Assembly: GCA_002633005.1 (NCBI GenBank)
Contig: NMRA01000119.1
Location: 436,650 to 500,649 of the forward strand
Reading direction: 5' to 3'
DNA length: 64,000 bases
Source of the DNA: Phoronis australis
Taxonomy: Eukaryota > Animalia > Phoronida
Part shown: one piece after another, positions 1 through 14,400 of the stretch
Layout: every line of letters starts with the position of its first letter
Numbering within the stretch: position 1 is the stretch's first letter
Program-made: the position numbers and the translations under genes
Notes under the pieces: generated by a model
Told to the model about the DNA's origin: nothing
Databases searched by the model: none
Seen by the model: the letters and a program-made list of their open reading frames with translations, nothing else

Positions 1-241
1 TCCAAACCATATGCCTCTATAATTCCGGTACGAATCTAGAATGGCAGTTAGGAGTGATCAACAAATCAAAGTTGCAGTCTTTAATGAACAATTACACAAA
101 TTCCATAATAAAAACTTTTCAAAAACCTGATCATTCTTGTTCTCCACTGGGTGAACCAATTTAAGCATTGACAAAAAGTGGCATGACCACTAAGAACACA
201 AGAATCACAATAGCTAGCAATATTGTAGCAATGTTTCGTAC

Positions 242-3200
242 CCTGCTTTCATCCTGTGTGCAATCATCTGTGTTGAAATTGCTGCAGTACATAGGACGGT
301 GTCCCATGGTGATGATCCATGGACGTTTGGCTCGGTTCTCTGGTTTGTTTGCTTCCTGAAAAGTAGCAATTTACATTAATGTGGAGTCCTAATAGTTCTC
401 ATGTTTAGTATGATGTCATTTTGACATTGTAGACCCAGTTGAATTGAGCTTAAAATGACAAAATTAAAACAACAATAATAATAATGATAATGCCACTTTG
501 TACATAGTGCTTTGGAATCTAAAGCTTTAGATTCCAAAGCACTTTAGAAATTACAGCCAGGGTAGTGACCTGGTCAGTCTAAATTGTTCTCAGATCCCGT
601 TTTTGGTGCACACTGATTAATTCAAACACACAACTGTATAATAGTTTCAAGAACCAAATGCCCTGTGGTTACATAAAAGGGAAAGTATCCAAGTTATGAA
701 AAGTTGTTGACACTGTGATGTAAGAGTTGCTATTCCTTTTTCCAAGTCAAAATTGCATCATTAGAGGGCCAGACAGGGTGTCTCTTAAACATCCATGGAG
801 CTCCTAATATAAACAAGAGCTACACATAGCATTGAAATGCACCTACCAATGCACCCCAACTGATAGGTTCCTAGGTGAATTTATTAGTATCATACGAATG
901 ACCACTACATGGCATAGAATACATACAATCTGTCCAAAATGTCAAGCAACTCTAAAGATGCAAAGGAAACATAAAATCAAATTGCCCGTTCAGCAGATAA
1001 AGAGGCAGATAACACAAACACTCAAAAATATTGTAAGCGTCCACCAGCTGGAGCAGAATACCTTGAATCCGTCCAAAAATGGAAGAGTCATCGCATTGTT
1101 AATATAAACCTACTTGCCAAATTTCATGAAAATCCATCAAGGAACTCCAAAGATAGAGGCAAATGTAAAATACTACTATTGCCACTAGGGGGCATAACAG
1201 TAGTCAAATCCATCTGAAAGTTGTCACCATTTGTCATCAGCTCCGTAGGAACATATCTATCAACTTTCATGAAGCTCGTTCGAGGCAGTTTGAAGATACA
1301 GCAGCGGACGTCAGACGCTCAGACAACGACGCCCCGATATCACTATGCACCGACTTTATTTTATGTACATGTGGTTGCATATAAATATAATTATAGAATT
1401 CACAAGAGCACAGAAGACAAATAATGATATTACTTTGAAGAAAGAATATTTTTTTCATGCAGTAAATGTTTTAATTTTCAGGCATTCAATATTTTGAATG
1501 GAAAACTGATGGAAAAATAGTAAAGAGAACTACTACATCATATTTTTCACTACAAAATACAAAAACGATCTTTAGGCTTTAACATTACCTGAAGATCTCT
1601 CTCTAACCACTTGTACTGGTTCAGGATCTGGTTGAGCCCGTAATTAATATAGAAGTACACCTCAGTGGAGAAACCAATGATATGTGCAGGACCCATGTTG
1701 AAACTAAAACAGATAAAACATGCTGAACGATGACCTGGGCCTGGGCTCTAATCTCAATAATGATCGGATATAAAGTGCCCAAATTTTGAGAACCAGTTTT
1801 CTCCACTGAATAACGGGCATCAAACTGGTTCTCAAAATACGGGCACATTACATCCGACTATTGCCCTAAACTCTGTAATCAAAAAATTGACCTAATGCAT
1901 GGCACGCTTCAAGTCAATCTATATATTATTTCAATCATGCAGCATGATAGGTTATAAAAAACAAGCTGAGCCCAAGTCTAGGGATTAGACTCATGGCCCT
2001 GAAGTATCAAAAATACAATATAGGTAAAAACCATGAAACGCTCTTCGTTATCTTTACTGGGAATAAAAATATCACGTGTTCAATTACTGTTCCATATGCC
2101 TTTAACCATGAAAGCATCAACTGTAAAATAATAGATTTACAGATAATAGTAGATGACAATTTCGTGAATTATTGTCAGTTTAATGGTTCCTCAAAGGATA
2201 GTGTTTCAGGCCCTTCAATACAGACCACAGTTTACTGACTGACTGCTCTATTATTAGATACACTCAACGGCACGCCCAGTAAGTAAATCACACAATAAAT
2301 AACACCCAGGACAAAGTCATGTCCGGTACCTGTAGAAGAGACTGTGTCCATCCCCTCCTGGCATGTTAAAGCGGTTCACATAGTTGGAGAAGTTGCTATA
2401 ACAAAAAGCAACATAACTTAAAAACTGGATTTTGCCATTTGGCAGGCTAAAATGAAAATCAAATCGAGCATTTCACTACAAAAACTGGGCTCATCATATT
2501 CCTAACCATGATAGGGTTCCATAAACCATTATACCAACTTAAGTCACAGGCAATGTGCTATTTTCGAACTTGCAATTTTAGGGTTGGCAAATCCCAATAA
2601 ACTCGTCTTGTATTTCCTTGAGTCGCTGATGGTTTTAGTGTTCTTGATGGTAAGAGAAATAGCATGCTATCATGAGTGGAATGTTATGGCACCGATTTTA
2701 TGAGAGTAAAAGGCGTAATTCAATCTTCCCTTTTTAGCCAACTAAACTGAGCAAACTGCAGCTTTAATGTCAGAAAGTCGTACATAACAAAAAATGCTTT
2801 ACAAAACGACACTGCGACATATTAAAGAACAATAATATCGCACTAAATTGAATGTGCCTTCTGCAAAAAATACAATTTGGCATGTCACTGAGGATAAATA
2901 ACAGAGGTCCAGAACTTTGAAGTAGTTTGGCTGCAAAAAAGTACAGAAATCTGTCCAATGTAATTTTGAAAATAAAACAAAAGAATATGAGGAACAACAA
3001 ATTGCTTGTGATACATTATATTTGCATTTTTTTTTCTAAAAGGTAAGTGCGTAGTACCAAGTAAGGCTTTTGATTGCAATTACAAACGTGCACATTCGAT
3101 ACAATAGTCAATATTTGGTATTTTCTGTACAACGTTACTGACGTGTTTATATATAAGAGAAACATTTTTGGCGCCAAATGGGACCTTCCTCTTTTCTAAC

Positions 3201-6200
3201 GGAATTTTAAGGAACTGGAACTGTTTTTCAATAGCCTAAAACCATACAAGCGTATGCAGAGAAGATTAAATTTCTATTCTCCACTGCGACCATTCACCAT
3301 TAACTTCACTGCACGCTGTATTCAAATGATCAATCAGCGAATTTAAAGACCCCGTGGATCAACTTTCTGAAATTTTTGGGGGCCATTTCACTTTCTTAGG
3401 GTCTGTGAAAACAGTCCAGAAATCATAACTGTAGACTAACATAGAATCACACACTAATTGTGCTGCAAAATGAAGCAAAATAGGCCAAGGTTTATCAGTG
3501 GAGAATGCAGGAAGATATTTAAGAAATTGAAACTGGTGGTTTCATTTCTCACACTTTATGAAAATTGTAAAATTGTTTCCATGGTTACGCACACATGTAC
3601 TCCATATTGGTGACCTTCAGAATAGAAGCATCAACTGACACAAAAGTGCAGCTTCGGGTGAACACTGCTGAAAACACTTAAGTAATTGATATACTAAGTG
3701 TACTTAATAAATGAATATTTACTGTACAGTAAATGCAAACAACTTACTATTTCTGCTCATGATTTCCAACACAGGTCATATAAGGAACGTAGGCACCCAC
3801 GGTCTCTATCTGTTTCATAAAGTCATCTCCCACTTCACCGTTATTCTGGGGATTAGCAAGACAGTATGAGTTAATCATGAGGACGATAAAGTCTCAATCA
3901 AATTTCTTCCATGCAGGGGAATTTTACCAACACCTTTTTAAAGCTGTATGTAAAACTTAAAACCTAGAGGTGTCTGATGACTCATAGGCATCAACCGAGT
4001 TAATAGAGCGTTACAAACTGAAAGACAGCATTTTTACTACCTAAACTAGTTCACATGCAATTACAGGATTTCCACTTAATAATCCTTTGAGCACACTAAG
4101 GATATGGTAGGCTGTCTAGAAGCATTGGTGAACAATAGGGTGACCTGTGTAACAACCATGTCAGTATATCACTGGTGGACTTGAAGGAACACAGTACCTT
4201 GTGGCTGGACAAATAACCCCCAATGTCTGATGACACTGAATTACCCTATTCCATTCAACTGACAGTCACATTATTTTTGATGTAGGTCTTTCCATTAATG
4301 TTTTTATCTTTACTTAATAATATCTAACATACATTCAACAAATGACCTGGTCCACTCCTACACTGGCCACAGGTCTTTTTTAGAAACAATCAAAACGTAA
4401 GATATTTTTTCCAAAATATTATAACACTTGTCTTACAAAATCAGGAAAACTGGAAGACTGAGTATTTCAACTATAAGATCAAAATAAAAACAAAGGTCTG
4501 AATCAGCCTTGCCAAATTAGCTGTTGCAAAGAAAATTATCTTACTTACATCATCCAAGTTGTAGGCAAAGTCACCTGGAAATTAGAAATGATAACATTAT
4601 GATGAGTAATGGTTGGATACAACATGCCAGCATTATGAGAAACACTTTTCTCCACTGAATAACGCGCACCAAACTGGTTCTCAAAATGGGAGAATGTTAC
4701 ATCCCGACTATTGCCGATTGACTGAAGTAAGCATTTAGTTGTAAGATGACGTGGGACTAAACGACTTCCACGTTCTGCATGGCACTAGGCTAACAAACCA
4801 CGGACTTTTAATTTCTCGATATTAACACTATGTGGGTTAACACAAACAATACACTATACAACTCATATCAATACCGTCATCATTCAAGGGTGCAGTCCTG
4901 TCTGTCAGAGTTCCCAATACTCACCCACATGTAAGATGGCATCATACATATTGCTTTGCACTTCCTCCTGTAGCCGCCCCAGAGACTGAGCATTGTCGTT
5001 GCCTAGGTCACCATAGATAGCAAACGTAGGGCTCCAGTTGGTGCCATCTTTCATGGCACTAAAGTGGAACACACTACTCCAACCAAGGGGGCCCCCGCAG
5101 TGGTAGTCTGGAAAACATTCCTAGATCTCACATATGGCCACATCATAACTTCCTTGCTAGTGTAGGTCAGTCCAGTTATTTTTTTAGTGCAACATAAGTA
5201 TAAGACAAAAAAATAATAGTACCACAAAGTAGCCCAGAAAATGAATCACTATATCTAGGCTTTTAGATATACACAGTAACAACAAAATAAACATTCTGAA
5301 TAATTTTTAAAATAAAACTATAACAATCAATCGGCAATAACACAAAGAAAATAACAAAAACAAAAGGAAAAAATATATTAACAAAAAAAAAAATAAAAAA
5401 TAAAAAGTAATAAAACCAAAACCAAAAGCTCAGCGCGGTGTAGACATTAACAGTTATTAACAGGATGATAAAATATAGTTGCCCAGGATTAAAAATGGAC
5501 ATACTTTAATTCCCACATCCCAAAACCATAGCTCTTAATTTGCAGGGATAGCAAAATGTATTTTACAATTAACATAGTTTTTTAAAATAGGGCTGCCAAT
5601 GCACTTCAGTGCCGAGTCGGATGAGTGAAAGTTTTATTGCTTTTCACTTTAAGTTAATGTATATTTCAAATTCTTTAATGTCTGTATTACAACTCATTGT
5701 GCAACTGACTTAATTCGCATCAGACGAACAAACGGCAAATTACTGGTAGTTGTAAAATATAACAGAGGTTAAAACAGCAGCAGTAGTATGCAACTGTGGA
5801 ACACATGCCCTACATATATGAAGCATTGTGGCTAAATAGCACAGAATGAGGGAGGATGCTGCGGTATTCGGGCAAGTGCCCATTGCTTCTAAGCAAGGTT
5901 TGGAAACATTCTCATGGGCAAATTATTATTGTGTGCTACTGCCATTGTAATGCATCAAAAGATAAACTAAATGCGACAATAATGATTACGCTCAGTAAAT
6001 AATGTCCTCAGAATTAAGTAGTTTCATATCAATAACAAACGAAATCCTTCCTGGTTTCCATGACACTTTACATAAAGACAATATATATTAATGCCTACTC
6101 TCCCTAATTTATTTGCTTGTTAACTCAGATAAGTGCTGTATAACCAGTGGACAAGTCTTTGAATGGATAATCATGGCTAAAGCAAAATAGTTTAATGTAC

Positions 6201-8088
6201 AGCTACGATTTTCAGCTCCCAGTATGTTTTTGGTTTTCCATCTTCTGCGGAACAACTTCCACCTCACAGTATGAACATTTAACCACAGGGGCATTTTCAG
6301 GACGGTACTTCTGTCATACTGAAGTTAACAACCACATGCAGCGCCATCTTACGGGAATGAATCGGCAATGGGGGCGACATTCAGCCCCATAATTGAGGCA
6401 TTGAGGGCCCTGCCACTGATTGTTTAAAAGTATGGATTCATAAGCTTGAGTTTGTAACTTTGGCTTGACCTAATTAGTGTAGTGCAAGACTTAAAATTTA
6501 GGAACTTAAGCCAATAATCCTGGGGTACTCGACTTTTTGTCGAAGCCCAGTTCATGTGGCAAATTAGCATAACCATCCATTCACAGAGTGGACTTCGAAA
6601 AAAGGAACCCATTTGTAGGAAGCTTCCATAAAAAGTTACTCTTTTGTATGGTTTTGTTTAAAAAAATGCTACACCTTTTATAGGGTTTAATTCCATGGAC
6701 CTGTAAATCATTCTTAGGGAGTCTTGGGCAACTCACTATCAAAGCTTGAAATAGTACAAGAGGAGATGCCATGCTGTTCAAAATTATGTTCATCTTTTAA
6801 AACCAAAGTTGCAATAATATAAATAAAATTGAAACTCTCTTTTGTGTAGTTGTAAAAGGGAACCTTATATCCAGGTTGGAACTCCCAGTGAACCCTTCAG
6901 AAGAGAATCATATCGTAAAAGTTACCCTTTAGAAATGATGCATCTCAGATACCAGCACCTTTTCTATGGGAGTACTCCAAGGCTACTATAACCCACAAAT
7001 AGCAGCATGAGTTGCATTTCAACTCAACAATAAATCGTTTCATAATAAATGTGAACTTACAATATTTCCTGCCTGGGTATAAATCTTTCAAGATGACTTT
7101 GTGCATGAAGCGCCATCGCTTCTGTGGTCCGCCATCTACAAACAAGTGAACGTTCCCCTTGGCGGTGAATTCCCTGAACAATTCCTCAGATAGTCCATAT
7201 TCCACAATAGAGTCTGTAGCATTAGACATTGTGACCCACGATATTATCATCTGAGTGGGAGTTTCTAAAAGAAATAATATCTCTTATCTAACAATTGACT
7301 GAGCAAATGCTGTGCTTCATAAGTTGGTTGGGATTTAGCCTAGATACAAAGCTGTATACTAAGAGCTAGCTGGCTGGCTAGTCCAGATTAAGGTATTGTG
7401 ACAAGGCTGACTAATGCTGTAATTGTTTTGCTCCACAAAAAGAACCTTAGATGAGTGGCCCTTCTTGGAGACAGTGGTTCTTGTACAAATCTATTGACGA
7501 GGTACAACTACAAGGTGACCATGAAAGGTGAAGAGTTTCTAATGAACTTGTTAAACAAAATTGGAATATCAATTCTCTGCATAATTAAGATAAGACGGAT
7601 AGGTTTGCGATTTCTTTGGTGATCTCCAAACAGCAGTAATGTATGTAATGCCAGTCAACAAATCAGCTCTGACTCCAAACAGTTTGAGATTCAGCATAGG
7701 TGCCTGGCCATTTTGATGTAGCTGGGAGAACAATCATCTCACACAATTTCGTAGTCACTTAGTTACACTTAGTTATCTTACAGTCTTTACGTGGCACTGG
7801 TCGGATATAGCGGGTCCCTGATTTTGAGAACCAGGTAATCACTGAATAACGGGCGCGTTATTGAGCGAATGAAACTCAGGTTTTCAAAAATCAGGATGCA
7901 AACAGTGACAGTGACGGTGTCCTTGGCTTTGACTCAGTACCTACCACAACAGTGTGAATATGTTTACATCACGTACCGCCATATGAAATGTGAACTTGTT
8001 CTGGTTGATAATGCGACTCTCCTGTAGCTGTTGCAATCACAGCAGCCAAAACTGTCACCAACGTCAGAGTCCAGCCTTTGGTCTTCAT
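242..8088 (-). CDS. ACP7: Purple acid phosphatase / acid phosphatase type 7-like; 8 coding exons in window, 3' end beyond left edge
   Basis: Exons (minus strand, all GT-AG, phases consistent): 8088-7977, 7264-7061, 5107-4925, 4574-4549, 3845-3748, 2395-2330, 1703-1589, 355-242. Spliced protein: signal peptide MKTKGWTLTLVTVLAAVIATATG, then PEQVHISYG...MIISWVT...YYHCGGPLGWS. Metallophosphoesterase motifs GDLG, HVGDFAY, GNHE and PWIITMGHRPMYCS are present, plus GPAHIIGFSTEVYF. The last metal-ligand motif lies outside the window. Confidence 0.93.
1776..1866. mobile_element. Short palindromic MITE-like repeat (related copies ~4645-4716 and ~7798-7895), all in ACP7 introns
   Basis: Inverted arms GTGCCC..TTTTGAGAACCAGTTT / AAACTGGTTCTCAAAA..GGGCAC around the core CACTGAATAACG(G/C)GC. 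The core recurs at the other two sites. Confidence 0.6.
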
Positions 8089-8138
8089 TTTCTGTGAACA
8101 GACTGAACCACTGATTCAGTGATTTGTTTGCTGACTTG

Positions 8139-8175
8139 CGGAAGTGAACCATGCCATGTGACTTGATCACATGAC
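8139..8175 (-). promoter_or_regulatory. Putative proximal promoter of ACP7-like gene: ETS-like site and two M-box/CLEAR-like E-boxes
   Basis: CGGAAGTG at 8139-8146, CATGTGAC at 8155-8162 and TCACATGAC at 8167-8175, all within 90 nt upstream of the ATG. Motif match only. Confidence 0.35.
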
Positions 8176-9837
8176 TTTTTAACTCTCCCGGCAAGACGCG
8201 CACTGACTGAGGTACCAGTACGGTTGACGGGTAACCTTGGTCCACTACACGTTAGCGTTGACTTGCAAAACATGCGCGCACCCAGCCTTCATTGTGGGGG
8301 GGGGCTCGAATTTCTGTCGATGTGGACCTTTTGCCGACAAAATATCGGCAGGACTAAAAAATACTTGAACTTGAAAAACGTGGACCTTCAAACCGAACTG
8401 TGCGTCTGCGTTTTTTCAGTAGCGGACATTTGCCTCGTTTTTGTTTCTCTACCTTTTTGCCCACTTCGCGGATCCAGGAATTTGAGTTAGGGGGGACCAG
8501 GGTACAGGAATAACCAGAATTTCGGCAGATACGCGCATCCAGCCTAGCTAATTAAATGTCACTGGGGATGCAGGGTCTCGAATTTCTGTGTTTGCGGACT
8601 TTCTGACAAAAAAAATGTAAAAGGGATTTGTTCAGGGCCTATTCATTTGTTTAGTCACCCCCTGGTTTGTATCTAGTGGTAGAATTTTAGGGGGGTCATG
8701 GCCCCCTTGGCCCCCTCCCATTCGTCACTGGGGGGGACTGGGTGCGCGCAAGCGTAACATATGATTATGTCACAAAAGGCGACTATCTGTCACTGGATCT
8801 TTCTACAGAATTTCAAGCTTGCACTAATTCACCATGCGAAACATCCGAGGACCATCATAAGGCGGGTACAGCCTTTGCGGAGCTCAGAGAGAAACGGTCG
8901 GAGAGGGAGAGACGGAGGGCGAGAGAGCGTTCTAGTAAAAAGCAGGGTGAACAGTTATCTTTTTCCACATGATATAAGTTGAAAACCTGATATTGAAATA
9001 AATGTGCCTTTTTCACTTGTTAGGTTTGGTGTCTATTGGATGAAACCATGGTAAAGGCCGCGAAAGCGTTTTCACACTCCGCAGTGGCTGGCTCGACCCG
9101 TTTCCGTCGGCAATAAAATACATTTGATGGCACGCATAACAAAGGTATAGTGTGCTTGCACTGTAATGAAACGCTTACAAGCGAAACACTTCAGGAAATA
9201 TTAAAAATGAGACAGTCGCGTGTGATAGATCACTGAGAAGAAACTTCATTCGTAGATTTTGTTTGCTGACTGACGCCAAGGCCTGACGTTTCCTCACTCC
9301 CCGTGAGGTCGATCCGTCAGTATATGCATACATAATCATAATCATAGAACTCTAGCCCTGGAATACCAACTCCCGCACGCGTGACTCCACGTACGTTTGC
9401 GACCCCAAGACTAGCTTGCAAGGTTCCACACAATCAGCTATTTCTTGGCAAAATTAGTCAGCACGACAAACATAACTTAAAGGCGGAGCACCATGGAGGG
9501 GGCTATGGCCCCCCACTCATAGTTTGGACTCTGATATCTTTTCAGCTACAGTGGTAGAACCACTTTCTGACAACCTACCATACTAAAAGCCAGGAGTTTT
9601 TTCCGAACAAGATATCTTTGGGTGTTAAACTCATGTTACAGTATTTTACGAAGAAAAACAAGTTACATTTGGCCGAAATGAAATGTTTGGGCCCTGACGT
9701 AACTAGGTTATATTCGAAAATTACTCCGAAATGCTTAGCTAACTGTGTGTGTGGCGAAGGGGGTGCTTGTGCGTGTGCGAGAGGGGGCAAAATCTAAACC
9801 AACACAACTCGTTGGCCCGGATGGAAAATGGTAAAGG

Positions 9838-10653
9838 CTCAAATCCAATTACGGCGCATTCGTAACGGAACTATGGCTAAGTATAGGCTCTCCCGCGATA
9901 TCCCAGGCGACCGGCAGTGGCGCTGCGCACTTCGACTCCGTTTCCGTCGTCTGCTCCACTGTGCAATGAAGAGAATTTACTTCATTTTTTAACGAAAATG
10001 GAATCTGAGTGACGATGAAAAAACAGAAGCTGCTGGTAAGATGTGAATTTTAATCGAAGTCTTAGTAAATCACTCAGAAACTCGCAATACTCTCTTTGTC
10101 AAACCTTATCTTAAGACGATTTCCAAAGCAATCCCGTGATTATCAGTGCCAACACGAAAAATGGATTTGGTCTTTTGGGCATTTGAAGACGATTTCAAAT
10201 GCAACAAATTTGTTAAGAACCGATTGCACAAAATGTAAAACGTTTATTAAGCATTACAAAAAGAAGTAGGTTTCGCGCGCAAACGCTGTGGACCATAAAC
10301 AAGTAGGTCTTTTATGAGATTAGTAGTCAAATCGTGGTGTTGTAGTGGTAACGCACGCGCGCTCTATCCGCCAGGTCGTGAGTTCGAATCTTTGGTACTT
10401 GTAGTTTTTCCTGTTAGACACACTCTCCGTGTTTTTTTTTTGCCTTTTTTCTTGGGTAATACTTCAGGAGTCAAGAAAAATGCTTGGTTTTTAGAGGTAA
10501 AAACAGAAAAGTCTCCTGGGCGGGGGGGTTTGCCCCCCCTCCCGACCTCCCCCTATTTGGTGCAATGCGCATCTACAATCGTTCAGTTTGCACAAATGCT
10601 TGCACCCGGACAAGATGTTGGGCCCCCCTTGTAATATCCTAGATCCGCCTCTG
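9838..10653 (+). mobile_element. ~800-bp non-autonomous interspersed repeat (family A) with internal tRNA-like segment
   Basis: Clear similarity to 44581-45391 (-), 61785-62462 (-) and 47110-47310 (+, partial). The segment 10332-10391 has A-box-like TGTAGTGG and B-box-like GTTCGAATC. Ends in GGGCCCCC...CCTAGATCCGCCTCTG. Confidence 0.8.
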
Positions 10654-11449
10654 AAACATTAACGCTAGTCTTCATACTGATAGCTGGCTCAAGTCGGGAA
10701 TAAAGACGTACATTACGTGCACGTGTCGGAATGCCATTATGTGAACTAATAGCGCGTTCGACATCATAATCGCGTTTATTTCAAACGCTTTAGTTTATTT
10801 TAGATCTGCACAGCATTGGTTTCCATTCTCTTTTGAAATACGCTTCGTTTTTGGCATTCGTTCCTGTCTCATCAACCTCACCTAGGATTTAACCCACTTT
10901 GTTGGTGCCTTGGACAAGCAATCGGGTTCGTTTCATGAAAATGACTTGTGACTGACTCGGAAGACAGGAGTTTAGCCCCACGCTTACACTACACAGTTAC
11001 TTGGAAATGGTTCAGCCAAGTAAGTACAACGCATCACAATCTAGAAATAATTTGCGAAACTTATCACAGCAACGTGCAGTTAGGCTGTTTACTACATGTA
11101 TTCTCACAGACTTGTTTGTACTTTCGCACACGTGTGATTTAATTTTCAAAAATAGTTGTGCGGAGCGTAAGACAAAATTTCCGGTTTTAAATCTTTTTTC
11201 GCCAAAGAGAACCCTGGATATGCTGATTGACAGCTATAACGTTGCCGTGTACCAAGGCTACATTCGTAACCATTTGTCATTGTAATCTTAACATCAGTTT
11301 TTTACTTTATGTATTTGTGTATAATAATTGTATATATTTTTTTGTATGTATTTAACCCAGGTACAATGCCTGTTGGCGCTTTCTGGGTATGTATATTTAT
11401 TGTACTGAATATTTCATAATAAACATTAAAAAAAAACCAAGACTAAGTC

Positions 11450-14400
11450 ACATCTCTTGCAGCACTCGAGAAAAACCTTAACAGTCTCGCAACCCTCGGC
11501 GACGATTTGGCAAAACTCATTCCCGAAGAAGAAATAAGACAGCTTTTACGAAGAATCCATCGAATGTCTCACAACACTTTAAGACCAACCGTTTTAGGCC
11601 AGAGGTTTTTTCAAACCGACCTTCCGCACGTACCTCAACCCAGAAGTTCACGTACAACCCCTTGAAGGATTTCGCCGTAAATATCTTCATCTTCAAAAGT
11701 TTGTCGAGAATGTATTAGGTCACATTTCGGCATTGATACGACGCCAGCATCCATAGACAATCTGTACAACCAGTTCAGATTCAAAATGTTTCTTGAACTA
11801 GATGACACACACGCTCTATCTAACTGATGGATGGTGAGCCTTGCTCTTTTCTATCTGGTTTCAAGGGGACTCTGAAGTAGTTATATTTTACCAGAAACAT
11901 CGCACAGAGGTATCGCGATAACGAGAATGAGTAGCCTATTTCTCACAGCCCGGCTCGCCATTTCTATCCAGTTGGTAAAGTTTGTGTGCTAGTCCCAGCC
12001 TGACTAGGTATACTACATGGAGACGGTCTTGCCAGTGTCTTTCATCAAAGTTCTTTGATTCTGGGATTTCCTATATTTAATATTTTTATTTAAGAAGTTT
12101 TAACTTCCTATATTGGCTTCACGGCAGATGTTGATACTGTGAGAGTTGGTGACAGATATAATTACCAATTACCTACTATACACTACAGAAATAATATGGC
12201 ACCACGATATTTTTGATATCAAAGTGGCATATCATTATTTTTCCTTAGTGAGTCAGTCGCGTATACTCCGATTCTTCCCTTGTCAAAGGAGAACTTCCGT
12301 CTCTTGATCTTGACAAATCTTGGATTTTCTTGCATACTCGATTCGGCAGTTAGTAAAGACTTGTTCCTTCAAATATATCGCCATGGTTTGTCATTCTCAA
12401 TCTCCTGCCATCGGTGGGTACAACTGATGACGAGCAGAAACCGGAGGCAGCGTAAAATTGGTAACGACAGGATGAGCGGGTGGTGTGTGCGCGCGTTTTT
12501 GTGTGTGCACACCGTTATCTTCCGCCACGGGTGAAACGCTGTTGGCTAAACATAATATTGGCAAGATACGACAACGTTACGCACCCTCGGCAGTACAGAA
12601 GGCAGAAAAATATCATTCACAAATTGTATAAGGGAGAGTCTTGAGTGTGAAAATGGGTGCGCATCCAGCTCATAAAATAGATTTTTTATAACTAGGGAAT
12701 ACATCATTGTCGATGAGAAACGCCGACAAACTTGCCAACACATTTTTACTTTGATATTCAATTAAGTCGGGTATATAAATGTAAAGTCCAGATTTGTAGA
12801 AATCAACGTCTCAGTCTCGGAAACGATAGAAAGACATTTTGATGATCAGACTCACATTTCAGGTCTTGTCTAATGGGACTTTTTGACGCTTGACAAAAAT
12901 GTACGTAGTGTTTTGTAGAGATAAACAGACCAGCCAGGAAAACTGATGTTCAGTCCCATGAACATCATGTTTTATTAAGAAAAGTAAAATGAATTTTAAA
13001 AATTCACCGACGGAACATTTGACATGGTTAAAGTAAGCGTTATTAATATTTATTCTCGCTACCTTATATTTATATGAATACCCTAATTAAATATTAAATG
13101 AATTGATGAATTGTTTTTTATGTTAAGAACTTTTTTAATTTTTCCACTGTGTATGCCCGGTCGCAAGTGAATATTTTCCCACCCGACTTTAAACCAGTGA
13201 AAACGGGGTTGCTACAACGCCTTTTGATGTAAAATGAGAAATCTTTACTGCGAAGATTATAAATACCGGTAGTCTCATTCTGTGCTTCTGAAAGTGTTTT
13301 TGCCATGAAAGTCAAGTATCTTGCTTGTAAACGCCAACGTTGCGATTTCTTTCGTCAATCTGCACTTCAAATACATGCGAAATAACCCTTGAATTTAAAC
13401 ACTAAGGTTGCTGTAGAAGAGTATTATGAAGAGCATGGAAACATTGAACAAATTTTCTTGGAATGTTGTTTCCTGCGTCATTCCAAGCGTGGAGACAATG
13501 GTTTATTTTTAACGGTAGCATTGAGATCGGCCACAAGGTAGCGCATAGATAGTCCCGACATGTCAATCAACCTATAAAAATTCCAACCAATCAGTCAGCG
13601 GGAAAATGTAACCACTGCATCTTTGGCTTACAAGCATTCGTTGCTATCGAAAAAAAAAATTGCATGCGGCCCAATACTTGAATTGCATTGGCTCAGCCTT
13701 TTATCACGGCAATTTGCGAATACACAAATTACGGATTTTGAATCAATACTTGTTGGTTCATGAAACTTACCGCTGAAACAGATGACACCCCTCACCTGGG
13801 CGTACATAGTGGGCCTAGCTCTACGCTTTCTTGTAATATCAACTTGCCAGTTGCGGATTTCTTTTCGCTAGCTACAACAGATGGCTATCAGAGATTTCTG
13901 ATTCCTGCTCGTTTTTGTTTTCAGTAAAGGAAACCTCGTGGACAATTGGAGAACTGCTAATTGTTTTATAACTTCAACCTTTTTATAGGAAAGTCGTTGG
14001 TCGTGTCTATTCGTAGGCAAAAACATGAACCTTGTCAAAACTGGCAATTAATATGGATGTGAAAATTTTAACTCAATGAGCTGATAACTTGTCCCTTTTC
14101 GAGACACGGAATCTACAACTTTTGTTGACGGATGTTTTCTTGCCCCATCATCCACTTGTCTTTCTTTAGGGAGTATAATAAAACGGCAGCAGATTCATTT
14201 GATTGCAAGCATTCTGCCCCTGTCTTAATCAAGATGTTCTGGCTTAATAGCATGAACACATCCACCCTATGCAATCGAATTGGTCCGGAAGGTACGTATA
14301 ACGTGTTTTAGGCTTCAGCCACCATTTTGTATAATGAATAATGTAGCTCCTATCCTTTGGTTTGGACTGCCAGACGCAGGAAACAAGTATAATATTGTTT

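Noticed and set aside
5263-5502. Hydrophobic Phe-rich ORF
   Set aside because: Translation of a low-complexity A-rich intronic tract.
10332-10391. tRNA gene
   Set aside because: It has A/B-box-like motifs but no complete cloverleaf, and it is embedded in a dispersed repeat with diverged copies.
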